Shown here: in pieces, positions 13,270 through 24,330 of the stretch
Position numbering within the stretch: position 1 is the first letter of the stretch
How the letters are laid out: every line of letters starts with the position of its first letter
Assembly: GCF_021028975.2 (NCBI RefSeq)
Contig: NC_059435.1
Location: forward strand, 32,488,001-32,552,000
Direction: 5' to 3'
From: Sphaerodactylus townsendi
Lineage: Eukaryota
Length of the DNA stretch: 64,000 nucleotides
Position numbers and translations under genes: made by a program
Notes under the pieces: generated by a model
The model's database searches: none
Seen by the model: only the letters and a program-made list of their open reading frames with translations
What the model was told of the DNA's origin: nothing

Positions 13270-15380
13270 ACAAGAATTAGTATAAAGAATATGGGAAATA
13301 ATTGACAACCTTGTCCTTTTTTGTATCTGACATGGTTTAGTTAACAATTAACAATTATTTGTGCTGACTGTGAAATATAACTCAATTTCACTCATTTTGT
13401 AAACTTCTCTCCAAAATCCATATTTTCTAAAACCCTAAGACCAGTTCAAATGGTCAAATGCCGTCTCTATCTCTAGAAAAATCAGTGACTTGTCTTTTAT
13501 TCTGGTTCTCTAAATATTCCAAAATATCCAAAACCGTTCTAACATTGTCTTTTAACTTGACTTTTGGGTAAAATCAACATCAATTTTCATTAACAACCTC
13601 TTCTAGAACTATTTTCAATCTATCAGCTAAAATGGTTGGAAATATGTCATTATTCAAAAATGATTTTAAACTATAGTTTCTTGTCAAAGTTAAGCCTTGT
13701 CCTTCTTTAGGTATTAATGTTATATTAGCCTCTTTCCATGACTCCAGCATCTTTCCTCTTTGCAAGATGGAGTACACTATATTTTGCAGAGATTTTACAA
13801 TTTCACCTTCGAATCACTTATAATACAGTCTCAAAAATATCTGCATTAGGAACCTTTCTGGTTTAAATTTTTATAGCATCTGCCAGTTCTGTTATTGTTG
13901 AGTTATATTAATAATAAGTCTCTGTTCTTATGTAATCTTAGGTAGGTTTTGTTTTCTAACATATTCATCTATTTTTATAAATGGAACCTCCAGGACTTTA
14001 CATAAATGTGTATATTAGTTATAAATTGTTTTTTGAATAATCACATCATCTGTCAAAACTTTGTCCACTTCTTGTAACTGCAGTCTCATCTTCCTCTCTC
14101 TCTTTTCTCAATTTATATGCTAACCATTTACCTGTTTCTTTTCTGCAAATCCAAAATTCTTCTGCTTTGCATGCTTCAATTTTATTTCCTTTTCTCTCAC
14201 TGTTAACTGTTGTTACAAGATTCATATTTGCTGCAAGATCTTATCTCTTTGGCATTTTTAAATCTCTTTTTACCTCTTTTATCTCTTTGTTAATCTCTTT
14301 TACCTCTTTTCTTTTATCTCCTCTGAGATACTTTGTATTTTCTCTTGCCTCTTTTTCTTAACTTCAGAGTTACATCATATTATATAACCTCTAACAAAAG
14401 ATTTACTTGTATCTTAAAGCACTCTCAAGTCCATTTCCTTATTTAAATTGAGTTCAAAATTTCTTTGAATTCTTTTCTTACAGACCAGAATAATGTTCTT
14501 TTGAAGCAAGGCTTAATTTAATCTCCATCTGAAAATATTGGATTTTCTTTTACAAACCAGGCTCCCAGGATTATGATCTGAAACTGTCTTTGGTAAAATT
14601 TCTACCTTAGATACTGGGCAGTCCAATCCAGAACCCTGGGGCAGCCAGGAACAGTACCAGTGCAGCACTGCTCTGCCACCTCTAGAGGACTTTTCAGTGA
14701 CATGGAAATCCAAAACAAAAACAAAAAGTCTCCCAGCCACTGAAAAAAACTTTATTCGTCTCAATGGGCTTATGCCACCCAAAATGGTGGTGTAAATCTG
14801 TGCCCTGGGCACCAGCATCCTAGGAGGCAAGGCCAGGTGGAAGCCAACTAATGTCAGCTCCATTTCTGGCCATGTTTCTGGAACACCTCCATTAACTGGC
14901 AGAGAGCACCATGTTGGAGTGTCCCGTAGAAGGCCGTAGTGGCTGCCCACCAATGGATTTACCCCTCTGCTGGAGTAAGTGCCCTGGGGAGAGCAAATCT
15001 GGCAGCACAGGGCTCTGCTACCTCCACAACTGCCCTCACTCTCTTGCTTTGCATTGGGCTGTTATGTGACTAGACATCCAAATCATATCTATTCTTGAAA
15101 AAAAATCTGTATCTTTCTGAAAAACAGGTACACTCTCATTTTTTTGAATGTATGTATCAACCAAACCACAGTTGTCCATCAAATAAAAAAATGGTTTTGG
15201 TAATTTGTCTTGAGAATATGCGACAAATATAAAGCTAAGTTGAGTCAGAAAGCACCGTTATAGCTTTATGTGTTTATCTACGTAAGTGGAAGTTTTCCTT
15301 CAGTATATTGATTACTGCACATTCATGTAATTTTTCTTTTTCTACATATTTTCCTTTTATTATTGTATTGTTTTGTGAAA
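13270..15380 (-). mobile_element. Decayed L1 ORF2 (endonuclease to RT), interrupted by a MITE
   Basis: Minus-strand remnants SRIDMIW, ILPKTVSDHNP...RWRLN (APE endonuclease), SWKEANITLIPKEGQ...TILADRLK and RQGC (RT). Confidence 0.85.
14618..15061. mobile_element. Non-autonomous DNA element (cagcccaatc-type TIR) nested in the L1
   Basis: Ends cagtccaatcc ... gcattgggctg. Splits the L1 endonuclease reading frame. Confidence 0.6.
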
Positions 15381-15419
15381 AACTGTGTGTGTGTGTAAAG
15401 AAAACATTGTCAGGCTCTC

Positions 15420-15860
15420 ATCACAAGAAATGATCATGAGAAATGGTATTTGAAAATAGGCGGTAAGTGTACCATGGTATACTAGACTTTTCTCAAATGA
15501 AAAGCAAAATGAAATCAAGAAAATGTTACTAGCAGAAGGACATAACTGTCATTGGTTTTTTATGCATGTTTATTAGAAAGATTCAAAGCAGACACAAGGT
15601 CACACGGTGTGAATATTCTAAGACAGATTATGAAGTAGAACTAGGCATGACTGTTGATCATGTTATTGCAAAAAGGTATAAGCTTTTGCTAAAATATGAA
15701 ACAGAAAAAGAATGAGTGAAAGATTGTACAATAAAATGGCCAGTAATTTTGGGTAAAATATACAAATTGATCAATGGGAGAATATATAGGTAAATGGTCT
15801 CAAATTTACATCAAGTTCTAGAGAATTTTTATAAAATGTTGGTACGCATGGCACATAATA
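15420..15860 (+). mobile_element. L1 ORF2 C-terminal fragment in the opposite orientation
   Basis: IAKRYKLLLKYETEKE*VKDCTIKW...QIDQWENI...ENFYKML matches the reptile L1 post-RT region. Confidence 0.7.
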
Positions 15861-16384
15861 AGAGTAAATTTATTGTAACTACTTGCTAAGAAAGTTCATC
15901 TTCGATATACTAACATGATTATCTTTGTTTTATACAGACAGACTGAAAGGACAGATTTGAACAATAACAGTCTCACTGAACAAGCTGCCTCAATATACAA
16001 CAAAATTTTGTAGGACAGATTATTGCTGATGTCTAACAGACTGCTCATGTAATTCCATTTCTGCTTTGCAACAGGGTGAAGCTACACTTGGGGACTGCGT
16101 CATTTCTATGTTTTGCACAGGTCAGCTTTTTTTTTCCTCTAAGAGTTTTGCTGAAATTACTTTTCTACCAGAGGATACAATACCAAGACCTCATATTTAT
16201 TCACATGAAACAAACACAATAATATCACAACTAGTACGAGGGAACAGAACTTCTGAATGGTATCCCAGCCTAACCCAATGATGAAATATAACCAAGCTTG
16301 ATTAAAATAGACTTCTATTGCAGTAAGAAGTTAAGGAAAGACCAGTTGAAGTCAGCATATCTCTTTTACAATAAAATGGATAAG

Positions 16385-16585
16385 TGGTCCAGGCTAGCCC
16401 TATCTCATCAGATCTGGGAAGCTAAGGAAGCTTGGCCCTGGTAAGTATCAGCAAAGGAGACCACTAAGGAATTCTAGGGTTGCTCTGCAGAGGAAAGCAG
16501 TGGCAAACCACCTCTATAAGTCTCTTGCCTTGAAAACCCTATGGGGTCGCCATAAGTCAGCTGTTAGTTGACAATACTTTACACA
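16385..16585 (+). mobile_element. 5S rRNA-derived SINE (5S-Sauria-like)
   Basis: Head ccctatctcatcagatctgggaagctaag...ccctggtaagta...ggagacc resembles the 5S rRNA internal region, followed by the shared tail. Confidence 0.8.
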
Positions 16586-17499
16586 CACAAACAAACAAAA
16601 ATAAACAATCACACACTTAAGCTGTTGGGGGAACAACCCCATTGTGATCCAGACATAGTGTGGATGGGAAAGAGCCATCAAGAAGTTGATATCCAGTACA
16701 CCCTCTGTGCATGGGGATGATTTATTTTGGTACTTAAGAATAGAAATCAGGACTGACATACACTCTGGGACACCAAATGGAAGGTACCACAAACAGTTTC
16801 TGTTCAAGTCTACAGGCTGTTCTACCAAGGATATGGGCAAGAATTCTACAGATTAGACTTTTTTTACTCAGTTTTTATTCCCCTCCTTTAAAAACTATCT
16901 AGCCTGATGAAAGCACTGGAGAACTTAAAAGTTTGTACAGGATTTCATTTTATTGGGGGGGCGGGGGGAGGTTCCTTAATATGCATGACTTGGATATTCC
17001 TATACTAAGGAAACAATTCTGAACAAACTCAGAAATAAGTACCATTTTCTCCTAGGGGTTCATTCCCAGAAAACTGTTCTTATGTCTGCAGCCTAAGTGT
17101 CTTACTTTATACATGGTAAGAAGCTTTCTATTACAGAACCAAAAGTCAATGTTGCCATGCAATACTATGTGTCATACTGAAAGATATGCCTCTCTTACTT
17201 TTTAAGACCTGGAGATCTCAAACTTACTTCACAGTAGCAAAGTCACTCACTGTGAATGCAGCAGGAGTTAATAGAAAGAGAAGAAAGCCAGCACTTAAGA
17301 TGGTGAAAAATGTTTGTGAAGGAAAATACTTCATTCACACTATGATTTTCCAACATGAATCTCTCCTTTGGAGGGGGAATGTGTTAGGACTCACCTCTTG
17401 CCCACTTAGAAAAGGTAAGGCAGAAACATCTCTAAGGGAGAGGAAAATGTATTCACAAATCATAAATGTTTCAAAATGACTGAGCATCCAGTGTATGTG

Positions 17500-17646
17500 G
17501 AAAGTGCAATCAAGTTACAGCAGACTTATGGCAATTTTGTAGGATTTTCAAGGCAAGAGACTAACAGAAGTGGTTTGCCATTGCCTTCATTTGCATAGCA
17601 ACCCCAGAATTTTTTGGTGATCTCGCATCCAAATACTAACCAGACC
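17500..17646 (-). mobile_element. 5S-derived SINE fragment
   Basis: Reverse complement of the same head and tail (gacttatggc...ttttcaaggcaagaga...catccaaatactaacca). Confidence 0.75.
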
Positions 17647-18013
17647 ACCTACTCTAAACAAAATGCAATTCCTTTTGGAAGGCAGACAATAAAATTAGCC
17701 TTTCTATGGGCACCCTCAGGAAACTTGATCTTTCCCTCACTTTGGAACATGCCTGCCTCCTTCTGTCCAAGTGAGGCAACTATTCCTTCAGTGGTGACAG
17801 TAGTCCGGAAAGGGGAAAGCTATGTTTCCCATACAGTATAAAAAACTAAGAACAAGGAAAGAAGGATGGTATGAGGAAAACTTCAATAACTAGATGCTAC
17901 AAATAATAGGATGTAAAAATAAAATGCAAAACTATTACCCATCCATGACAACTTTTTTGGTCATATTTGGTTACAATATGCCTTAAAAAACAAGGAAAGT
18001 ATATGTTACTTAC

Positions 18014-18060
18014 CCATTCTGTATTGCAGCTGTGGGATCATACGTCAAGGCCATGCCAGC
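18014..18060 (-). CDS. RBMS3: RBMS3 internal coding exon, 47 nt
   Basis: Acceptor cccccaactgtgtgtag after a T-rich tract, donor GG|gtaagt. Encodes AGMALTYDPTAAIQN(G), in frame with both flanking exons. Not shown in the ORF track. Confidence 0.96.
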
Positions 18061-19140
18061 CTACACACAGTTGGGGGGAAAAAAGATTATTACTCTTTTG
18101 GTATTGTGAGCATGCACACCAGGCCAAGACAAAGGAGGGGTTGTTAGCGAATCCCAAATGCCTTTTTGTATAATAGTCTCTTAGTGCTTCTTCGAACCTC
18201 AAATAAATTGGCATTCATACAAGTGGGTATTCCCTTCCACAAGCAGGACAAAATATTCTTCCATTTATTTCGAAGGATTTTTTTGCTCCTCCTCCTAATT
18301 TCATCAGCATTAAAATTACTAAATTTGTAGTCAGTGAGTTGGATCCAAAGGCTCCATTGCATTATTGGTGGAAGGATGTTTTTTCTAATTCAAGGACCTT
18401 TGCTACACTAGAGCCAGAATGCTGCATTAGTGTAAGGCAGCTTGCTCAAAAGGAAGGCTCCACAATTAGAGAATTAGGATCTTCGCGGATCTAACCCCAG
18501 AAGTAGGCTTTAGTTCATATGGATTATAGGCTACAAAAATTATCATGATTTCATTCTGCTGGTTCCGGAAACTGGGTAATTTATTCTAGACATGATTGGC
18601 ATTGCAAACTACAAACCTTTTAAACCAAGCAAAATGTAAGCAGGATCACTCTTTATATTTTTGAGCCAAATGGCTTGATTTTATCATTGCTGAATCATCA
18701 CATTATGGTGGGATACAAGGACTGCTGATTTTGGGCAAAGTTACATACTGTGCCATTAACAAATCATCCTAGGATCTTGTTTGGAAAATGCAGCGCTAAT
18801 TTGTGCTGTACTGCCAGTAACTATAACTTTTGCCACGTATGGTGTTGCAGAAAAGAGATCTACTATATTATTTTCTTTTTTCAAATGCTATACTCCAAAT
18901 GGATGGCTTAGCCAGTGATCTAGCTATTGAAATGTCCTAAGGGATCATATTATAAAAGAAGCAAAGTTTAGAGTCCAATTCTTTGTGCCATTCTGGTGCC
19001 AAGCTATCATGACAATTGTATGGCTTTCTCTTCTGTTCATTCCATTGTATGGCTTTCTCTTCTGATTGACAGTGCAGCAAACCAAAGCAATCTGACAAAC
19101 GCTGTTTCATCAAAAGCATGTAAACTTTGCATACACTTAT

Positions 19141-19179
19141 CTCTTTCTGAGCCTTGGAGAGTGAATGCAAAACCCCTTC
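19141..19179 (-). other. RBMS3: Candidate 39-nt in-frame RBMS3 cassette exon (EGVLHSLSKAQKE) with non-canonical ATAAGT donor
   Basis: Acceptor tgtttttgttttag, 13 stop-free codons in phase 0-0 between the 107-nt and 47-nt exons, followed by GAG|ataagt, which matches the GTAAGT consensus except at +1. Confidence 0.55.
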
Positions 19180-19961
19180 CTAAAACAAAAACACTCATGA
19201 ACTTAAGTGCAGGGTCAACTCTTGAAGGCCTGTTGACAAGATGCATGATGAAGACTGGGAAAGCTGGCAAATGGGACAATCTACGAACCAGAAGTCCAAG
19301 CAGGAAGTGAAATGCCAGATGAGAAGCAACCAGTAGGAATCCGAAAATGAGGGTGAGTGGTTAAGATCAAAAAAAATGAAACAGAACAAATGAAACAGAA
19401 AAAGACAAAGCCCTTGACAACAAATAGTCCAAATGAGAAGCTCTTTGAAGAATAGGAACAGGGAACCCACCAGCCAAATAAGACTTAGTTTCAGAATTCA
19501 TTTAATAAAATAAGCTCCGCACAGCGGGAAAGTTAGCTTTCCTTTGATAATTTATTGCAGTTCACACTGAACAAAATATACCACAGTATTAAAAAAACAA
19601 GTTTACAAAAATTAGGCAGTAACTCAAACCTTTTGATGTGAGCTGCTTTGAGCACACAGATGTACAATTAAAAAGCCGAACGTTCTTCCTAGCAGAACAG
19701 CCTGAAAGACACCGTACTCAAACAGTGAGGAGCTAGAAAGCCAAGATCTTCAGGTTCACATCAGGACTACATGTGCAGGTGCAAGTTAAGATCTGAATAA
19801 AATGGCACAGAGGTAGGATTCCAGGCAATGAATTATTTAATGTTAAAGAAAGTAAAAAGAAAAGAAAACTACGTCCCAGGACATTGCATGGAGACAACAG
19901 TGGCAAAAATTTACCCTGCAATTGGATCTGAATATCCAAGACCTCAATATGGAATCTTTCT

Positions 19962-20150
19962 TTGTAACTGAATAAACAGGAATCCAGTGGCCCCTTAAAC
20001 ACTAGTAAAAGGTATTCTAGCATGAACTTTCATGAGTCAGAGCTCCAATGTATCTGGATCATGAGCTCTGACTCACAAAAGCTAATGCTGGGATAAATTT
20101 TGCTAGTCTTTCAGGTGCCACTGGACTCCTATTATATTTTTTTGCTACAG
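19962..20150. mobile_element. Penelope-like terminal remnant forming an imperfect inverted repeat
   Basis: Arms ccagtggcccc...tgagtcagagctc and gagctctgactca...ggtgccactgg. Resembles the squamate Penelope terminus. Confidence 0.6.
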
Positions 20151-20764
20151 ACTAAAGTCTAACTAGACTTTTCACAGTTGTTGTTATTCAAACTCTTATT
20201 ATTTTTCTGTTTTGACTAATACCAAGAGAAACAACAGCATGACCAAGGCTATATATCCTCTATAGTATACATTCTCCTAGAGTTAAAACAGAAGGCCAGT
20301 AAAACTGATTCTTTTTACTGGAATTTATAAACCACCACCTGTGCTTCATCCAGTGAATCTCCTTATGAGTCTGTACATAGATAGATACTATAGCTGTTGC
20401 CCTAAAGCCACTTATGAGGAAGCAAATTCCACTAAAACGAATAAAATTCAAAGCATCAGATCTGAAAGGTACTGGAAATTTCTTCTATGCCAAGGAATTT
20501 TCAATATGCAGCAGACTGTACTACAATTTTTAATAGCTCTGTGTTCTTCTACTCAGCTGTGTTCTCCCTCTCGCTCTCATGCAGACATTTGTGATTTATT
20601 CCACAACTGGGTTAAGGGTAAACAATTAAAATAATTAGACTACAAAGCCATGACTGTACTGTAGGTGTAATAAAAACCCTTGATGTTTCATTGATGCTAT
20701 GAATATGCATTGTCAAAAATTACAGGGCTAAAAGATGGCAGCTCTCAAAAATACCTACATCTGA

Positions 20765-20955
20765 AGGCTACCAGCTCCAAGATTACAAATTCCCAAAGAT
20801 TTGGGGGTGGATCCTGGGGAGAGTGCAGTGAGGGGAGGAGGGACCTCATTGTGGTATAATACCATAGAGTCCAACCTTCAAAGCACCCTTCTCCAAGGGA
20901 ACAGATCACTGTAATCTGGGTATCAGTTTTGATTCTAGGAGATCTTCAGGGTCCA
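20765..20955. mobile_element. hAT/Tip100-like MITE (ggttgccaac family), decayed
   Basis: Body tttgggggtgga.cctgggga...gggaggagggacctca...tataat.ccatagagtcca. A related copy is at 47508-47708. Confidence 0.6.
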
Positions 20956-21489
20956 TGTATGTGTTGGGGAGAGGTTTTTTTTTTTTTTTGGTAAATTTAC
21001 TACATGCTGACAGTCAATCTCATCACTAACTTTAACTCTCCAAAAAGAATTCATTTTAAAAAGCGGTTGAACAAAAATCTTTTCCAGCAGTTTTTCCCAA
21101 TCCATGAGTGTGACATGTTGATATACTTAACCTGTAAATTAGTTAAGTAAATTATATCCAGAAGCCAATAATACAAACAGCAGAATCAGTTCATGCATAA
21201 AGGGCTCCATATACATAAGGAAGTCCCCAAGTGCGAGGAAAAGGTGACCTTTTTAAAAAGAAAAAATCCTCAAAGTGTCCTGATGAGGACAAATTATGAT
21301 CCAGGGCACATTTTGGAAACAGTTGATAGGAAACAGTGGAACAGCATAAATTATCCTGCCCACACCCTGAGAACGACTAAATGTCTGAAGGGGACCACCA
21401 AACGGTTTGTCTGAAGGAGACCACCAAACGGTTTCCTGTTGCAGACTGAGGCCACAGTTATTATTGTGAGAAATCATAGAACCACCAGT

Positions 21490-22703
21490 GTAGAACAGGA
21501 CATGAATCCAGAATTGGGCCATCTGTCTGTCAGCTGATGAACACCCCTCCTTCCAGCCCACCTGGTGGGGGAGCAACTGTGGGATGGCAAGTTCAGGGGT
21601 CCCACATGGGTGTCATTCGATTCATGTTTACCTTGCCACCTTAGGGACAGAGTTGGATGCCAGCCCCCAAGCTAGCTGTAATGTAGACAGCTCTACCCTC
21701 AAGACCCCTTACAGGAGTGCTCAAGCCCAGGGAGGTAGGCATACAGGCTCAGCCACCACAAAACTGGATCCAGTCTAATGCCCAAACTGCCACAAGAGAA
21801 GGGCAACAGTCTCTCTCCTGCCAGCCCTTCTATGACTTCATCCAAGAAAGCAGGCCATCACAGATGCTATGAAGCCACACATCCTGGGTCCCATTCAGAA
21901 AGATGCATGCCATCCTCCCAAAATAGGGCCACCAGCATGAAGGAAATATCCAGGTGCTGAATGATGGAACCCACACCTGCCTCCACTACCCACCCAGCTG
22001 GTATGATCAATATCAGCCTCACAACACCAACTCTGTATGGCAAAATTATCCTGTGGCAGCTGCAACATTTCAATACATTGAACCAAGAGAGCCGTGGGCT
22101 AGGCAGGAGGAAACAATGAAACACAAATTCCCTTCCAGACTTTAGGTCCATTCATACAAGTGAAGTAATTTTCTCCCAGCTGGATGATCAGAGCCCCTGG
22201 TTTCTCCCACATGACAACCAGCCATGTGACAGTGGTTGCAAGAGCCTCTCAGAGCATTCCTCTGAGCCCAATCTGGATGAAGTTGCATAGATCCTAGCAC
22301 TGTGAGGGATGCTGTGGCCCCACTATACATGCTCTATACTGGCCTCCCAGAGCTAAAATAGAGTTAGTGAGTGGTTGAGGAGTAGAATGAATGTATACCT
22401 TAAAGGTAGAAGACCTTCAGTGCCCAATAGTCCAAAAGAAAGTTGCATCCATGACTGCACCTATGCAAAAAAAGTGCACCGCAGAATTCTTCAGCTGGAA
22501 TTCCAGAATGGCCAGGTACACCTGCAACATGTTAGTAAACTGAAACCCTGTGAGGAAAGTCCCATCCACATAAGTGAGGAGGGAGCAGACAATCCTTAAT
22601 CTTTTGGTCAGATAATTTGTGGTTGCCTGGGTTGGGCAAGGATACTTGTGTGAGTGTGTGCTTGCATGCGTGCGTGCGTGTGTGCCTGGGCTGGGCAGTG
22701 ATG

Positions 22704-22784
<81 letters not shown>

Positions 22785-24330
22785 GCTCACACCAACCTCC
22801 TGCCTCTTCATTCAGTCTTGGACTGCTGTACTACCATGTAGAGTTCCAATCCCTCAATCGTATTGTACCATTATGAAGCCTTATTGTCTGACCCAAGCAA
22901 TCACAGCTTGAAGCTGAGACCAACTCACTGCTGTGGAAAGTCCACAGAATGAAGGCAGCCTGGAAGAGAGCAGCCTTGAACCTGGACCAATAGAAGGCAG
23001 GCAACTGCTGCAAGAGTCCCTTGATAATTACAACAGGGATGGTCCTGCAAGCATCAGGTGACTGAGAAGGAACTCCTTTTTCAAACCTCAATGGCCTACC
23101 TGGAATTAAAAGACCTGCAGAGGTCAGTACAGCCAAGGGCCCTGCTGTAGAATGTAATGGTGGACAAATTAACCCCCATGGTCTTGGGGGCCATGCCTCT
23201 CTCCCTTGGGTGTGCCAAGTAACAGAGCCCCATTGCCTCCAAGGTTGAAAAGAAACTGCCTCCCCCTTCATCTTTTGAGAATGTGAGGAAGGCCAGTCTG
23301 TCCTGGAAGTAGAAAACCAGAGTAGACGGTGCAATGGAGCTGAGGATTCCCTGTATGATCGCCTGTTGCCACGTGCCCACAGCTCCTTTGGTAAGGGGTC
23401 TGGGGAATGGTTTCTGGAACCTCTATCTCTAAAAATGAGATATGGTGTCTATGATGCCATCTGTGCCAAGCTGATGCAATATACCAAGCTGAAAAAGAGA
23501 TGCTTACAGAAAGGCAGACCAGAATAAATTTGTGCACCAGATGCATGAGCATGAGACCTGTCAATTAATCATCCTAGCCACAGCCTGGTTGTCACACCAG
23601 AAGATGATCCACCTATCCCTGAAGTGGTCCTAGTCATCCTACCATATAGTAACAATGACCAGGATATGGAAGAACTTGAGGAAGGTGAGGTCCCTAAGTA
23701 AGCCATTGCCAGTACAGTGAGTGGGCCACCCACTTGAGTGCAGTTGTGCCTTATGAGGTAAAGCCTCATGTCTGCCTATCATCTGAGTGTACCTGAAAGA
23801 AACTCCCCAGTTCTCTCTGAAAGTTGGGATAGGTGGCCTGAACCATACCCATGTACACAGTGTATCCTGCCAACCAGTTATCAAAAGAGCACTCATGCTC
23901 CCTTTTTGGTCCTTACCTCATTAAATCATGGGCAGCACCTTCCATCCTTGGTCTTAAGGAAGTAAAATATATCCACACAATATTGAGGACCCATTGATGT
24001 ACCTTATGAGCAAGATGGATACCTGTGGGAGAGGTCCATGTGACTGCCATTGCCAGATGTACAGGGAGAGCAAAGCTGACTGTGCAACCAGTCTGGCTTG
24101 TGGCTACCAAAGTCCTGGAGAAGTACACCAGACTGAAGCGTAGGCTATCATGCCTGTGCTTGGAAGCCTGGTCAACCCCTCAGCAGGCCTTGTGTATGGT
24201 TGCTCAAGCTGGCCCAAGTCTGGTCACCCCAACCTGCCCAGTGTGAAGAAGAAATCCTTTCTCTGTGCTTGCTCCCCAGCTCTGCAGCTGCAAAAGTGGT
24301 CCCCAGTGAATTCTACAGGCTGTTGTTCTC
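21490..24330 (-). mobile_element. Decayed Ngaro/DIRS tyrosine-recombinase retrotransposon (possible gag remnant, RNase H, YR, SGNH-hydrolase-like ORF)
   Basis: Minus strand: RDLTFLKFFHILVIVTIW..WIIFWCDNQAVARMIN and LVHKFILVCL (DIRS RNase H). SSIAPST..CYLAHPRERGMAPKT..LSTITFYS and PDACRTI..AALFQAAF..SELV (YR N-part). DGTFLTGFQF..CIGA..RSSTFKVYI (YR catalytic end). LIIQLGENY and IIQHLDISF..LFWEDGMHLSEW (SGNH-like). Confidence 0.85.
22705..22782. repeat. Compound (CT)18(GT)21 microsatellite inside the YR region
   Basis: Read directly from the sequence. Confidence 0.97.

Noticed and set aside
16385-16480. 5S rRNA gene
   Set aside because: Diverged, partial and fused to a SINE tail. It is a SINE head.
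22608-22876. ORFs with HT, ER, CV and SL runs
   Set aside because: They are translations of the (CT)n(GT)n microsatellite.
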